DNA from: an uncultured Gemmatimonadales bacterium
GTDB taxonomy: Bacteria > Gemmatimonadota > Gemmatimonadetes > Gemmatimonadales > GWC2-71-9
DNA: 64,000 nt
Reading direction: 5' to 3'
Assembly (NCBI GenBank): GCA_963828735.1
Contig: CAWHFW010000002.1
Span: 512,001-576,000, forward strand
Under the pieces are notes generated by a model. That model was not told the origin of the DNA. It made no database searches and saw only the letters and a program-made list of their open reading frames with translations. Shown here piece after piece: positions 1 through 13,348 of the stretch (its first letter is position 1; every line of letters begins with the position of its first letter). A program made the position numbers and the translations under genes.

Positions 1-307
1 CCGCGGAGTACAACGTCTCGGGGCTCACTTCGGTCGCGCTCACCTTCTTGAGCTGCGCCAGGTTGACCGGCTGGTTCTCGACGCGGAACGGGTTGGTGAA
101 CCCGCGCTTCGGCAGCCGCCGGTACATCGGCATCTGGCCGCCCTCGAAGCCCGGGTTGGTGCCGCCGCCGGTCCGCGCCTTGTGACCCTTGTGCCCCTTG
201 CCCGCGGTCTTACCGAGGCCCGACCCCGGGCCGCGACCGACCCGCTTGCGCGCCTGATGGGAGCCCGGCGCGGGCGCGAGATTGGACAGGGTGATCTTGT
301 CAGCCAT
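1..307 (-). CDS. rplO: 50S ribosomal protein L15 (partial, runs off window start)
   Basis: Hand translation from ATG at 307 gives [41 protein letters not shown]...GFEGGQMP, the L15 signature; follows rpmD in spc order. Confidence 0.97.
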   Translation of the reverse strand, partial: MADKITLSNLAPAPGSHQARKRVGRGPGSGLGKTAGKGHKGHKARTGGGTNPGFEGGQMPMYRRLPKRGFTNPFRVENQPVNLAQLKKVSATEVSPETLYSA

Positions 308-326
308 GCGTGACTCCCAAAAGACA

Positions 327-371
327 GTGAGCGGTGAACCGTGAGCGGTGAGCGGGCTTACCGCTCACCGC
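327..371. repeat. Tandem GTGA(G/A)C(G/C) heptamers plus an 11-bp inverted repeat between rpmD and rplO
   Basis: gtgagcg-gtgaacc-gtgagcg-gtgagcg at 327-354; gcggtgagcgg (345-355) is the reverse complement of ccgctcaccgc (361-371). Confidence 0.7.
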
Positions 372-631
372 GTCCCGCTCTCCGCAGGCCGCACCTCGAC
401 GAGGTGCCGCACCTTGTAGATCATGCCCCGCGCGGATGCCGTGTTCTTGAGCGTCACGGTCTGCTGGTGATGCCTCAGGCCCAGCGCGAGGAGCGTCCGC
501 CGCATGGTCTCCGAATGTCCGATCGCCGAGCGGATCTGCTTCACGGCGATCGTGCCGGCCTGCTGCTCGGTCGGGACGGCGGCCGCATGATACTCGGGGC
601 CCTGTCGGCCCACGACGGGATTGCGGCCCAT
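365..631 (-). CDS. rpmD: 50S ribosomal protein L30 (N-terminally extended)
   Basis: KQIRSAIG...TLLALGLR...RGMIYKVRHLV motif; between rpsE and rplO. Confidence 0.93.
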   Translation of the reverse strand: MGRNPVVGRQGPEYHAAAVPTEQQAGTIAVKQIRSAIGHSETMRRTLLALGLRHHQQTVTLKNTASARGMIYKVRHLVEVRPAESGTR

Positions 632-632
632 G

Positions 633-1313
633 TCAGCCCTCCTGCCGCGGCTTGTAGGCGATCTGGTCCAGCTCGACGCCGCGCTCGCGCGCGATCTGCC
701 GAGCGCTCACCAGCTGGCTCAGGCCGTCCATCGTGGCGCGTACCATGTTGTGCGCGTTGGACGAGCCCAGGCTCTTGGTGAGGATGTCGGTGATGCCGGC
801 GCACTCGAGCACCGCGCGCACCGGACCGCCGGCAATGACGCCGGTCCCGGTGGCGGCGGGCTTGAGCAGGACCCGGCCGGCTCCGTGCCGGCCCACGACC
901 TCGTGGGGAATGGTGGAGCCGGTCTTGGGCAGCTCGACCATCGACCGCTTGGCGGCGTCGACGGCCTTGCGAACCGCCTCGCTCACCTCGTTGGCCTTAC
1001 CGGTCGCGATGCCGACCTTGGTCTTGCCGTCGCCCACCGCCACGAGGGCGTTGAACGAGAACCGCCGGCCGCCCTTCACGACCTTGGCCACCCGGTTGAT
1101 GGCGATGACGTTCTCGACGTGGTCGCTCTGATGCTCGCGGTCGCCGCGATCGCGACGCGGCCCACCGCGCCCGCCACGGTCCCCGCCGCCGCGACCGCCG
1201 CGCCCGCGAGACCGGTCGCCGGCGGGCCGCTGCTCGGCACTCGCCGGGGCCTCGGGCGTCTGGGCGGGCGCCTGCGCGGGCGTCTGTTCGCTGCCTGTCG
1301 TCTCGTCAGCCAT
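633..1313 (-). CDS. rpsE: 30S ribosomal protein S5
   Basis: [24 protein letters not shown] and [13 protein letters not shown] motifs. Confidence 0.98.
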   Translation of the reverse strand: MADETTGSEQTPAQAPAQTPEAPASAEQRPAGDRSRGRGGRGGGDRGGRGGPRRDRGDREHQSDHVENVIAINRVAKVVKGGRRFSFNALVAVGDGKTKVGIATGKANEVSEAVRKAVDAAKRSMVELPKTGSTIPHEVVGRHGAGRVLLKPAATGTGVIAGGPVRAVLECAGITDILTKSLGSSNAHNMVRATMDGLSQLVSARQIARERGVELDQIAYKPRQEG

Positions 1314-1685
1314 TTAGAACTCCAGTCCGCCTTCGCGCGCGCCGTCGGCGACGGCCTGCACGCGACCATGGTAACGGTAGCCGGCGCGGTCGAACACCAC
1401 CCGGGTCACTCCCGCCGCCTTGGCCTTCTCGGCCAGCAGCTTTCCCACCGCCTTGCCGCGGGCCACCTTGCCCTTGCCGTCGATCTGCACACCCTCGGTC
1501 GTGTCGCCCACGCCGAGCAGGGTGACGCCGAGATCGTCGTTGACGAGCTGGGCGTAGATGTGCTTGAGCGAGCGGAAGACGACCAGCCGCGGACGCTCCG
1601 CGGTCCCGGTCACCCGCTGGCGAACCCGGAGGTGCCGGCGGTAGCGTAACTGGCTGCGAGTCTTCGGCGCGTGAATGGTGCGCAT
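1314..1685 (-). CDS. rplR: 50S ribosomal protein L18
   Basis: [16 protein letters not shown] and [14 protein letters not shown]...AREGGLEF motifs. Confidence 0.98.
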   Translation of the reverse strand: MRTIHAPKTRSQLRYRRHLRVRQRVTGTAERPRLVVFRSLKHIYAQLVNDDLGVTLLGVGDTTEGVQIDGKGKVARGKAVGKLLAEKAKAAGVTRVVFDRAGYRYHGRVQAVADGAREGGLEF

Positions 1686-1688
1686 GGC

Positions 1689-2228
1689 TTACTTGGCTCC
1701 TGTCTTGCCGGCCTTGCGGCGGACCTGCTCGCCCTGGTAGCGCACGCCCTTGCCCTTGTACGGCTCCGGCGGCCGCACCGCGCGCAGCTCGGCCGCGACC
1801 TGGCCGACGATCTCCTTGTCGGCGCCCTCGATCTTCACAACCGTGTTGTTCTCGACCGAGATCTTGATGCCCTTGGGGGCCTCGTACTTCACCGGGTGCG
1901 AGAACCCGACGATGAGGTTGACGCCGTAGGGCTTGGCCTCGGCCTTGTAGCCGACGCCCTGGATCTCCAGGGTCTTGCTGAACCCCTTGGTCACCCCGTC
2001 GACCATGTTCTGGACGAGGGTGCGCGAGAGCCCGTGCAGGGCCTTATGCCTGGGCTCGTCGTCGGGCCGGGTCACCGTGAAGTTCCCGTCGGCCAGCGCC
2101 AGCTTCATGGAGGGGTGCAGCGTGCGCCGGAGCTCGCCCTTGGGGCCCTTCACCGCGACCGTGTTGCCCTGCAGGTCGAAGGTGACGCCCTGGGGAACGG
2201 CCACCGGCTTCTTGCCGATTCGCGACAT
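1689..2228 (-). CDS. rplF: 50S ribosomal protein L6
   Basis: Start trimmed to MSRIGKKPV; PEPYKGKGVRY motif. Confidence 0.98.
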   Translation of the reverse strand: MSRIGKKPVAVPQGVTFDLQGNTVAVKGPKGELRRTLHPSMKLALADGNFTVTRPDDEPRHKALHGLSRTLVQNMVDGVTKGFSKTLEIQGVGYKAEAKPYGVNLIVGFSHPVKYEAPKGIKISVENNTVVKIEGADKEIVGQVAAELRAVRPPEPYKGKGVRYQGEQVRRKAGKTGAK

Positions 2229-2236
2229 CGCCCCTC

Positions 2237-2632
2237 CTACCAGACCACGGCGAGGAGCTCGCCGCCGAGGTTGGCGCTCCGGGCCTCGCGGTCGGTCATC
2301 AACCCCTTCGGGGTCGAGACGATCGCCATGCCGAGACCGTTCTTGACTCGCGGCAGCTCGCGGCACTTCACGTAGCGCCGCAGGCCGGGCGTCGAGACGC
2401 GCCGGAGCTCACGAATGACCGGGAGCTCGTTGTGATACTTCAGGTACAACCGCAGCACGCCGTGCGCGCCGTCATCGAGAATCTTGTAGTCCGCGATGTA
2501 GTGGTTGTCCCGGAGCAACCGGGCCACCTCGCTCTTGAGCTTGCTCACCGGCATGTCGACGCGCCGATGGCCCGCCGAGCAGGCGTTCCGGATGCGGGTC
2601 AGCATATCCGCGACGGGATCTGTCAGGCTCAT
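2237..2632 (-). CDS. rpsH: 30S ribosomal protein S8
   Basis: Start trimmed to MSLTDPVADMLTRIRNA; STPGLRRY and STPKGLMTD motifs. Confidence 0.98.
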   Translation of the reverse strand: MSLTDPVADMLTRIRNACSAGHRRVDMPVSKLKSEVARLLRDNHYIADYKILDDGAHGVLRLYLKYHNELPVIRELRRVSTPGLRRYVKCRELPRVKNGLGMAIVSTPKGLMTDREARSANLGGELLAVVW

Positions 2633-2645
2633 TCCCTCGTTCCCC

Positions 2646-2831
2646 TTACCAGCTGGCCTTGCGCACGCCCGGGATTTCCCCCTTGAGGGCGAGCTCACGG
2701 AAACAAATACGGCAGAGGCCGAACTTCCGCAGCACGGCGCGGCTGCGACCGCAGCGCTGGCAGCGGCGCACCCTGCGCACCTTGAACTTCGGAGTACGCT
2801 TGGCTCTCTCGATCCAAGAAGTCTTTGCCAT
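2646..2831 (-). CDS. rpsN: 30S ribosomal protein S14, short zinc-binding (C+) type
   Basis: 61 aa with CQRC...CRIC; ends PGVRKASW. Confidence 0.97.
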   Translation of the reverse strand: MAKTSWIERAKRTPKFKVRRVRRCQRCGRSRAVLRKFGLCRICFRELALKGEIPGVRKASW

Positions 2832-3527
2832 TTACGCAACCCTCTGAGGAGTCTCGCCCCGGAACGGCCATCCGAGCTCACGCAGGAGCGCCATCGCCAG
2901 GTCGTCCCGGTCGGTCGAGGTCACGATCGTGATGTCCATCCCGTGGATCTTCTCGACCTTGTCGTAGTTGATCTCCGGGAAGATCATCTGCTCCTTGATC
3001 CCGAACGTGTAGTTCCCGCGTCCATCGAAGCTCCGGTTGGGGAGCCCGCGGAAGTCGCGGATCCGGGGGATCGCCAGCGTGATGAAGCGATCCAGGAACT
3101 CGTACATCCGGGCCTTGCGGAGCGTCACCGTGCAGCCGACCGGCATGCCCGCCCGGAGGCCGAAGTTGGCGATCGCCTTCTTGGCCCGGGTCACCGTGGC
3201 GTGCTGACCGGTGATGAGGCCCAGCTCCTCGACGGCGGCCTCGAGCTGCTTCGGGTTCTTCCCCGCGTCGCCCATGCCGATGTTGAGCACGACCTTTTCC
3301 AGGTGCGGGACCTGGTGGCGGTTCGGGAGCCCGAAGTCCTTCTGAAGCTTGGCCCGGACCGTCTTCTCGTAGTACTCCTGCAACCGCGGTATCCCCTCCG
3401 CCGCCTTGGGCGCGTGGTCCACCGCGCCGGCCGGCGCCTTCTCCTTCTTGCCTTTGCTCGGCGCGCCCTCGGGGGCGCTCTTCTTGGGCGCCTTTTCCTT
3501 CGGCGCCTTCTCTTGCGTCTCGGCCAT
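2832..3527 (-). CDS. rplE: 50S ribosomal protein L5 (N-terminal Lys/Ala/Pro extension)
   Basis: [10 protein letters not shown]...FDGRGNY...EQMIFPEI motifs. Confidence 0.98.
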   Translation of the reverse strand: MAETQEKAPKEKAPKKSAPEGAPSKGKKEKAPAGAVDHAPKAAEGIPRLQEYYEKTVRAKLQKDFGLPNRHQVPHLEKVVLNIGMGDAGKNPKQLEAAVEELGLITGQHATVTRAKKAIANFGLRAGMPVGCTVTLRKARMYEFLDRFITLAIPRIRDFRGLPNRSFDGRGNYTFGIKEQMIFPEINYDKVEKIHGMDITIVTSTDRDDLAMALLRELGWPFRGETPQRVA

Positions 3528-3529
3528 CG

Positions 3530-3910
3530 TTACCGGTTCCTCGGGATCGACTGATCCGACTTCACGGCGATCCGCTCCACCGTCCCGTCGGCGTCCTTCC
3601 GCCGGCGCACGCGCGTGGGCTCACCGCTCTTCGGATCCAGCAGCATCACCTTCGAGTGATGGATCGGGGCCTCGCGCTCGATGATCCCCGCCTCCGCCGT
3701 CTGGGTCTGGCGCTGATGGCGCTTGATCATGTTCACGCCCTGCACCGTGACCCGGCCCGTCTTGGGGTCCACGCGGAGCACCGCTCCGCGCTTGCCCTTG
3801 TCGTCGCCCGAGATCACCTGGACGGTGTCGCCCTTGGTGACGTGCAGGCGCATCCGCACGGGCGCCTGGTGGCGCACCCGCTTCGCCTTCTTGTACACGA
3901 GCGGCTTCAT
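3530..3910 (-). CDS. rplX: 50S ribosomal protein L24
   Basis: [17 protein letters not shown] (KOW) and EAPIHHSKV motifs. Confidence 0.97.
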   Translation of the reverse strand: MKPLVYKKAKRVRHQAPVRMRLHVTKGDTVQVISGDDKGKRGAVLRVDPKTGRVTVQGVNMIKRHQRQTQTAEAGIIEREAPIHHSKVMLLDPKSGEPTRVRRRKDADGTVERIAVKSDQSIPRNR

Positions 3911-3911
3911 G

Positions 3912-4280
3912 CTACAGCACCTCCGGCGCGAGCGAGACGATCTTCATGTACCGCTTCTCGCGCAGCTCGCGGGCGACCGGGCCGAAGATGCGGGTGGCCC
4001 GGGGCTCGCCGTTGTCGGTAATGAGGACCGCGGCGTTCTCATCGAACCGGATGTAGGAGCCGTCCTTGCGACGGGTCTCCTTGGCCGTCCGCACGATGAC
4101 CGCCTTGGCCACGTCGCCCTTCTTCACCTGGCCCGTCGGGATGGCGTCCTTGATGGCCACCACCACGATGTCGCCGAGCCCGGCGTAGCGACGCTTGCTG
4201 CCGCCGAGCACGCGGATGACGAGCGCGCGCCGGGCGCCCGAGTTGTCCGCGATGCGGAGAATGGATTCCTGTTGGACCAT
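3912..4280 (-). CDS. rplN: 50S ribosomal protein L14
   Basis: [17 protein letters not shown] and [10 protein letters not shown] motifs. Confidence 0.99.
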   Translation of the reverse strand: MVQQESILRIADNSGARRALVIRVLGGSKRRYAGLGDIVVVAIKDAIPTGQVKKGDVAKAVIVRTAKETRRKDGSYIRFDENAAVLITDNGEPRATRIFGPVARELREKRYMKIVSLAPEVL

Positions 4281-4281
4281 G

Positions 4282-4569
4282 TTACTTCGCCCTTTCGACG
4301 ACCTCGGTCACCCGCCAGCGGACCGTCTTCGCGAGCGGCCGCGTCTCCATGATGCGCACGGTGTCGCCGGCGTGGGCGGCGCCCTCACCCTCGACGTTCC
4401 GCGCCTTCACCTTCTTCGTCCGGGTCACCTGCTTGCCGTAGACGGGATGGGCGTAGCGGCGCACCAACGAGACGGTGACCGTCTTGGTCATCTTGTCGCT
4501 GGTCACGACGCCCGTACGGGTCTTGCGGCGGGCCCGGCCCGCGGTCTGGGTCTGCTGCTGCTCAGCCAT
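4282..4569 (-). CDS. rpsQ: 30S ribosomal protein S17
   Basis: [11 protein letters not shown] and [15 protein letters not shown] motifs. Confidence 0.98.
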   Translation of the reverse strand: MAEQQQTQTAGRARRKTRTGVVTSDKMTKTVTVSLVRRYAHPVYGKQVTRTKKVKARNVEGEGAAHAGDTVRIMETRPLAKTVRWRVTEVVERAK

Positions 4570-4759
4570 TGCCCACGTCCTTGTCCCCGAGGATCGTCTT
4601 CAGCCGCGCGATGTCGCGCCGGAGCGCGCGGAACCGCATGGGGTTCTCGATCGACTCGGTGGCGGAGCGAAAGCGCAGGTTGAAGCGCTCGGTCACGAGC
4701 TCCTCCAGCTTGGCCTTGATGTCCTCCACCGACATCTCCCGGATTTCGTTCGCCTTCAT
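4562..4759 (-). CDS. rpmC: 50S ribosomal protein L29
   Basis: FNLRF...RRDIARLKT; gene order. Confidence 0.97.
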   Translation of the reverse strand: MKANEIREMSVEDIKAKLEELVTERFNLRFRSATESIENPMRFRALRRDIARLKTILGDKDVGNG

Positions 4760-4762
4760 CGC

Positions 4763-5176
4763 TCAGGTCTCCTCGCGCTTCACGAAGCGCGTCTTCACCG
4801 GCAGCTTGGCGGAGGCCAGCGCCATGGCCTTCTTGGCCAGGTCCTCGCTGATGCCCTCGATCTCGAACATCACGCGGCCGGGCTTCACCACGGCCACCCA
4901 GCCCTCCGGGTTGCCCTTGCCCTTCCCCATGCGGGTCTCGGCCGGCTTCTTCGTGATCGGCTTGTCCGGGAAGATCCGGATCCACACCTTGCCGCCGCGC
5001 TTCATCTCGCGGGTCATCGCGACGCGCGAGGCCTCGATCTGGCGGTTGGTCACCCAGCCCGGCTCCAGGCTCATGAGGCCGAACTCGCCGAACGCGACGG
5101 TGTTGCCCCGGCCGGCGATACCGCGGGTGCGACCCTTGAACTGCTTGCGGAACTTGATTCGCTTGGGCGCGAGCAT
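4763..5176 (-). CDS. rplP: 50S ribosomal protein L16
   Basis: [23 protein letters not shown] motif. Confidence 0.99.
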   Translation of the reverse strand: MLAPKRIKFRKQFKGRTRGIAGRGNTVAFGEFGLMSLEPGWVTNRQIEASRVAMTREMKRGGKVWIRIFPDKPITKKPAETRMGKGKGNPEGWVAVVKPGRVMFEIEGISEDLAKKAMALASAKLPVKTRFVKREET

Positions 5177-5181
5177 CGGCC

Positions 5182-5841
5182 TCAGGCCCCCGTGCTATAG
5201 GTGCGGCCGGACATGTCCTCGATCACCTCGCCCTTGAAGATCCAGACCTTGATCCCGATCGTGCCGTAGGTCGTCTTCGCGGTGCTGGTGGCGTAGTCGA
5301 TGTCCGCCCGCAGCGTGTGCAGGGGCACCCGCCCCTCGTGATAGCCCTCGGTGCGCGCGATCTCCGCGCCGCCCAGGCGGCCGGCCGCGCGGACCTTGAT
5401 GCCCTGCGCGCCCATCCGCATGGCGCTCTGCACCGCGCGCTTCATGGCGCGGCGGAACGAGATGCGCTGGGTGAGCTGGTGCGCGATGTTGTCGCCCACC
5501 AGCTGGGCCGAGAGCTCGGGCCGCTTGATCTCTTCCACGTTGATGGCGGCTTCCTTGCCGGTGAGCTGGGCCAGCTCGTCGCGCAGCTTGTCCACCTCGG
5601 CGCCGCGCTTCCCGATGACCACGCCCGGCCGCCCGGTGTGCACCGTGATGGTGACCTTGCCGGGGCGGCGCTCGATGTCGATCTGGGCGATCGCCGCGTG
5701 GCCCAGCCGGGTCTTCAGGTACTTCCGGACGAGCTCGTCCTCCTTGAGCAGCGCCGGCATGTCCTTGTCCGCGTACCAGCGTGACGAGGACTGCTTGACG
5801 ATGCCGAGCCGGAGCCCGATCGGATGCGTCTTCTGGCCCAT
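5182..5841 (-). CDS. rpsC: 30S ribosomal protein S3
   Basis: [13 protein letters not shown] and [14 protein letters not shown] motifs. Confidence 0.99.
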   Translation of the reverse strand: MGQKTHPIGLRLGIVKQSSSRWYADKDMPALLKEDELVRKYLKTRLGHAAIAQIDIERRPGKVTITVHTGRPGVVIGKRGAEVDKLRDELAQLTGKEAAINVEEIKRPELSAQLVGDNIAHQLTQRISFRRAMKRAVQSAMRMGAQGIKVRAAGRLGGAEIARTEGYHEGRVPLHTLRADIDYATSTAKTTYGTIGIKVWIFKGEVIEDMSGRTYSTGA

Positions 5842-5842
5842 G

Positions 5843-6199
5843 TTACTCGCTCTCCTTGCTGTCCACGTGGATCTCCACGTGGCTGGTGCGCTTCCGGATC
5901 GGCGTCGCCCGGCCCTGGGCCGCGGCGGTGAACCGCTTGAGCGGCTGGCCGCCGTTCACGATCGCCTTGCTGACGACGAGCGCGTCCGGATCGAACCGCT
6001 CGTTGTCCTTGAGCGCCTTCTGCTCCGCGTTGGCGACCGCCGACTTGAGCGTCTTGGCGATCTGCTTGGCCGCGAGCTTCTTGTTGAACTTGAGGATCGC
6101 GTACGCCTCGTTCACGTCCTTGCCGCGAATGAGGTCGATCACGAGCCGCATCTTCCGGGGCGACTGGCGCACCAGCCGCTGAATCGCATGGCCGCTCAT
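5843..6199 (-). CDS. rplV: 50S ribosomal protein L22
   Basis: Start trimmed to [22 protein letters not shown] and SAVANAE motifs. Confidence 0.97.
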   Translation of the reverse strand: MSGHAIQRLVRQSPRKMRLVIDLIRGKDVNEAYAILKFNKKLAAKQIAKTLKSAVANAEQKALKDNERFDPDALVVSKAIVNGGQPLKRFTAAAQGRATPIRKRTSHVEIHVDSKESE

Positions 6200-6201
6200 G
6201 G

Positions 6202-6492
6202 TTACTCCGGCTTGGCCTTCTTGTCGGCCACGATCTTCCCGCTGTGCCCGCGGAAGAGTCGGGTGGGCGCGAACTCGCCCAGCTTGTGGCCCACCATGTT
6301 CTCGGTGACGTACACCGGGACGAACTTGTTCCCGTTGTGCACCGCGAAGGTGTGGCCCACGAACTCGGGCAGGATGGTGCTCGCCCGGCTCCACGTCTTG
6401 ACCACGCGCTTCTCGTTCTTGCTGTTCAGGACCATCACCTTCGTCATCAGCGACTCCTGGACGAAGGGGCCCTTCTTCACGCTGCGCGCCAT
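6202..6492 (-). CDS. rpsS: 30S ribosomal protein S19
   Basis: [10 protein letters not shown] and [13 protein letters not shown] motifs. Confidence 0.99.
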   Translation of the reverse strand: MARSVKKGPFVQESLMTKVMVLNSKNEKRVVKTWSRASTILPEFVGHTFAVHNGNKFVPVYVTENMVGHKLGEFAPTRLFRGHSGKIVADKKAKPE

Positions 6493-7331
6493 TACTGGGT
6501 CGCCTTCCCGCGCTTCCGACCGCGCACGATGAGCTTGGTGGACTGCTTCTTCCGGTGTCGGGTCTTCCGGCCTTCGACCTTGCCCCACGGGCTCGTCGGC
6601 GGACGGCCGCCCGAGCTCTTGCCCTCACCACCGCCGAGCGGGTGATCCACCGGGTTCATGGCCACGCCGCGGACCTTGGGCCGCTTGCCGAGCCAGCGGG
6701 ACTTGCCGGCCTTGCCGACCGAGAGCAGCTCGTGCTCGGCGTTCCCCACCTCGCCGATCGTGGCGAGGCAGCGACCGTGCACCAGGCGCATCTCGGTGGA
6801 GCGGAGCCGCAGCGTGACGTACTCGCCTTCCTTGGCGACCACCTGCGCGCTGGAGCCGGCGGTCCGGGCGAGCTGGCCGCCCTTCCCGATCTTGAGCTCG
6901 ATATTGTGCACCGACGTGCCGAGCGGTACCTCGGACAGCGGCAGCGCGTTCCCGGTCCGGCTGTCCGACCCCGGCCCCGAGACGACCACGTCGCCCTGGT
7001 TCAGCCCCTTGGGATGCAGGATGTACCGCTTCTCGCCGTCGGCATACACGATGAGGGCGATGCGCGCGCTCCGGTTCGGATCGTACTCGATCTCGGCGAC
7101 CTTCCCGGGGATCCCGAACTTGTTGCGCTTGAAGTCGATCTTCCGGTACTGCCGCTTGTGCCCGCCGCCCCGGTGCCGCGACGTCAGGTGGCCGAGGTTG
7201 TTGCGGCCGCCGGACTTCTTCATCGGCTCGAGGAGCGACTTCTCGGGCGTGGCGCGGGTGATCTCGTCGAACCCGCTGACCGACTTGAAGCGCGTGGCGG
7301 CCGTCATCGGCCGGAATTGACGGATGCTCAT
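6492..7331 (-). CDS. rplB: 50S ribosomal protein L2
   Basis: [13 protein letters not shown] and [18 protein letters not shown] motifs. Confidence 0.99.
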   Translation of the reverse strand: MSIRQFRPMTAATRFKSVSGFDEITRATPEKSLLEPMKKSGGRNNLGHLTSRHRGGGHKRQYRKIDFKRNKFGIPGKVAEIEYDPNRSARIALIVYADGEKRYILHPKGLNQGDVVVSGPGSDSRTGNALPLSEVPLGTSVHNIELKIGKGGQLARTAGSSAQVVAKEGEYVTLRLRSTEMRLVHGRCLATIGEVGNAEHELLSVGKAGKSRWLGKRPKVRGVAMNPVDHPLGGGEGKSSGGRPPTSPWGKVEGRKTRHRKKQSTKLIVRGRKRGKATQ

Positions 7332-7332
7332 C

Positions 7333-7620
7333 TCAGCCCTCGAACACGGCGATCGAGTCGCCGTCCTTGAGCGTGACCACGGCCTTCTTCCAGCGCGCCG
7401 TCGTCCCGCGGGTGCGGCCGCGCGTGACGGCGTGGCGGCGCATCTGCATGGTGCGGACGCCGGTGGCCGTGACGCCGAACAGCTTCTGCAGCGCGTCGCG
7501 GATCTGGTACTTGTTCGCGTCGGGGTGCACCTCGAAGGTGTACACCTTGCCCGTCTGGTACGCGGCCGAGCTCTTCTCGGTGACCACTGGGCGGACGATG
7601 ATCTCGTGCAGGGCGGGCAT
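7333..7620 (-). CDS. rplW: 50S ribosomal protein L23
   Basis: PVVTEKS and WKKAVVTLK motifs. Confidence 0.98.
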   Translation of the reverse strand: MPALHEIIVRPVVTEKSSAAYQTGKVYTFEVHPDANKYQIRDALQKLFGVTATGVRTMQMRRHAVTRGRTRGTTARWKKAVVTLKDGDSIAVFEG

Positions 7621-8489
7621 TACTTGTCCCCCTTCTTCCTCTTCGGCGCGGCCTTCTTCGCGCTCTTGGCCGTGCTCTTCTTGGCCGCCTTCGGCGCGGC
7701 CTTCTTGGCGGCCTTGGCGGTGCTCTTCTTGGCGGCCTTCGCCGCCTTGGCGGACTTGGTCGCCGCCGCCTTCGCGGTCTTCTTGGCCGCCTTCGCCGTC
7801 TTGGGCCGAGCCGCGGAGGGCGCGCGCTTCTGCCGCTCCTCGAGGCCCGGTAGCTCCTCGCCGTCCAGCTCGCGGGTTTCCCCCGTGAAGGCGCCCTCCT
7901 CGACCACCACGGCGTCAGCCCAGAGGACATCGTACGCCGCGGCCTGCGCGTAGGGCATCACTGCGACCGACGGGAGATTGCGCCCACTCAGGTAGAGGGC
8001 CTCGTTGGCCGCAGCGCTCAGCACCAGCACCTTCCGGTCGGCCAGGCCAAGGCTCGCCAGCAACGCCGCGAGCCGCGCGGTCTTGGGCGTCCGGAACGCG
8101 AACTGCTCAACCACGTGCAGGGCGCCTTCGCGAGCGCGCGCGTTGAGCGCGCTTTTCCGCGCGAGCTGCTTCACCTTCCGCGGGATGTCCGTGCGGTAGT
8201 CGCGTGGAATCGGGCCGAACACGATGCCGCCGCCACGCCAATGCGGAGCGCGGGTGGAGCCTTGCCGGGCGCGGCCGGTGCCCTTCTGCTTCCAGGGCTT
8301 CTGGTTGCCGCCCGAGACGAAGCTCCGGGTCTTGGTCTTCGCGGTGCCCTGACGCTGGTTGTTCAGGAACACCTTGACCGCCTGGTGCAGCACCGGCTCG
8401 TTCACGGTGCCGTCGAAGGTGTCGGCCGGGAGCGCGAACGATCCGTCGCGCCTGGCGCCGGCCGGCGTGTAGTGCGGGGCCTCAATCAT
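7620..8489 (-). CDS. rplD: 50S ribosomal protein L4 with a C-terminal Lys/Ala-rich tail
   Basis: Start trimmed to MIEAPHY; KPWKQKGTGRARQGS and RGGGIVFGP motifs. Confidence 0.97.
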   Translation of the reverse strand: MIEAPHYTPAGARRDGSFALPADTFDGTVNEPVLHQAVKVFLNNQRQGTAKTKTRSFVSGGNQKPWKQKGTGRARQGSTRAPHWRGGGIVFGPIPRDYRTDIPRKVKQLARKSALNARAREGALHVVEQFAFRTPKTARLAALLASLGLADRKVLVLSAAANEALYLSGRNLPSVAVMPYAQAAAYDVLWADAVVVEEGAFTGETRELDGEELPGLEERQKRAPSAARPKTAKAAKKTAKAAATKSAKAAKAAKKSTAKAAKKAAPKAAKKSTAKSAKKAAPKRKKGDK

Positions 8490-9105
8490 GACGGCTCGGG
8501 CCTCCCTGCTTGGCCACGGTGACGATCCCGTTCTTGGCGCCCGGGATGGCGCCCCGGACGAACAGGAGATTGCGCTCGGCATCCACCTTGACCACGGTGA
8601 GCCCGAGCTCGGTGTGGCGCGCGGCGCCCATGTGGCCCGGCATCCGCTTGCCCTTGATGACGCGCGACGGGTCGGTGCCGGGGCTGATCGAGCCGGGCTT
8701 CCGGTGCCGCGTGTTGCCGTGGGTGGCCGGACCGCCGCCGAAGCCGTGGCGATGCACCACACCCTGGAACCCGCGGCCCTTGGTGGTGCCGGTGACCTTC
8801 ACCAGCTCGCCGGCGGCGAAGATGTCGACCTTGACCTCGGCGCCGGGCGTGGGCGCGTCGCCCGCGGTGGCGAAGGTGCGGAGCACCTGGGGCGCCGCCT
8901 CGAGCCCCGCCTTCTTGGCGTGGCCCAGCTCGGCCTTCGTCGTGCGCGTGGCCCGCCGCGCGCCGAAGCCCAGCTGCACGCCGCCGTTCCGCACCTGGAC
9001 GACGCGGCAGGGGCCGGCCTCGATCACCGTTACCGGCACCGCGGTGCCGTCTTCCGCGAAGACCCGGGTCATCCCGAGCTTGCGGCCGATCAATCCGTTC
9101 GTCAT
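8482..9105 (-). CDS. rplC: 50S ribosomal protein L3
   Basis: Start trimmed to [22 protein letters not shown] and [10 protein letters not shown] motifs. Confidence 0.98.
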   Translation of the reverse strand: MTNGLIGRKLGMTRVFAEDGTAVPVTVIEAGPCRVVQVRNGGVQLGFGARRATRTTKAELGHAKKAGLEAAPQVLRTFATAGDAPTPGAEVKVDIFAAGELVKVTGTTKGRGFQGVVHRHGFGGGPATHGNTRHRKPGSISPGTDPSRVIKGKRMPGHMGAARHTELGLTVVKVDAERNLLFVRGAIPGAKNGIVTVAKQGGPSRHD

Positions 9106-9118
9106 CGCTGGGATCCGC

Positions 9119-9427
9119 CTATTCGACCTTGATCTCGACATCGACCCCCGCCGGGAGGTCGAGCTTCGTCAGCGCGTCCATCGTCTGCGGACGGGAATCG
9201 TTGATGTCCAGGAGCCGCTTGTGCGTGCGCAGCTCGAACTGCTCCCGGCTCTTCTTGTCGACGTGCGGGCTCCGGAGCACCGTCCACCGCTCGGTCTTGA
9301 CCGGCAGCGGGATCGGTCCCGACACCTGCGCGCCGGTCTTCTCGGCGGTGCGCACGATGTCCGCGGCAGCCTGGTCGAGCACGACGTGGTCGAAGGCCTT
9401 CAAGCGGATGCGAATCTTTTGAGCCAT
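9119..9427 (-). CDS. rpsJ: 30S ribosomal protein S10
   Basis: [10 protein letters not shown] and [14 protein letters not shown] motifs. Confidence 0.99.
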   Translation of the reverse strand: MAQKIRIRLKAFDHVVLDQAAADIVRTAEKTGAQVSGPIPLPVKTERWTVLRSPHVDKKSREQFELRTHKRLLDINDSRPQTMDALTKLDLPAGVDVEIKVE

Positions 9428-9452
9428 CTCGGTCCTCTCCGGTCGGTCCGGC

Positions 9453-10655
<1,203 letters not shown>

Positions 10656-10764
10656 GGTCGCGTTGCCCCGGTGTCCTGTTGGGTGCCTGGTTCAGGCGGT
10701 GGACGGTCAGCGGGTCCGATGGCCGGTACCTTCCGACCGTCCTCCCTGTCGACCGCCTGCCCGC

Positions 10765-12861
<2,097 letters not shown>

Positions 12862-12887
12862 ATGTCGATGTGTATCCCAGTGCTAAC

Positions 12888-12935
12888 GAAAAAGCGGGGC
12901 GACCGACCCGGCCGCAGCCGGTGGTATCGCTCCGC
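12888..12935 (-). terminator. Terminator/attenuator-like hairpin plus U5 tract in the fusA leader
   Basis: Minus strand GCGGAGCGAT...CCGGC-TGCG-GCCGG...GTCGCCCCGC then TTTTT, about 27 nt before the fusA ATG. Confidence 0.5.
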
Positions 12936-13078
12936 GCACATCCGGGCTGTCGCCCAGGATGAGGGGTGCCAGTGGTGCCCCACGCGTTGTCTTCGGAGGA
13001 CCAGAGATGGCGGCCCCGCCGGAGCGGGTCGTCACATGATCCGATGTCGCGAAGCGGCCAAAACCGCCAAGCCCGGTT

Positions 13079-13106
13079 AAAGTAGCGGCTTAGCTCACGA
13101 TGTCAA
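13079..13106 (-). promoter_or_regulatory. Sigma70-type promoter for fusA-tuf-S10-spc
   Basis: Minus strand TTGACA (13106-13101), 16 nt, TACTTT (13084-13079). Confidence 0.7.
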
Positions 13107-13272
13107 CCCATCGTGCGCGCGTAGGGGCCGGCGTGCGAGACCGGTCCGGCCAGCGCGCGCTGGATCGGTGGGGGCCGTGCTAGGCGACCTCGACGCGCCC
13201 GCGGAGCCTTGCCTCCTCGGCCAGGTTGCGGCTTCACTTCCCAAGCGACTGCGCACCAAGAGCTTGTGGCGA

Positions 13273-13299
13273 TGTCGAAAACCCGGGCCTGGCTCCGAC
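13273..13299 (+). promoter_or_regulatory. Putative ECF42-type autoregulated promoter
   Basis: TGTCGA (13273-78), 17 nt, CGAC (13296-99), about 50 nt upstream of the DGPF gene; matches the TGTCGA/CG(A/T)C consensus I recall for ECF42 sigma factors. Confidence 0.65.
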
Positions 13300-13348
13300 T
13301 TCTCTCTGCCGGCGCCGATGAAGGCGCCCCAACCGACAGGAGAGGACC

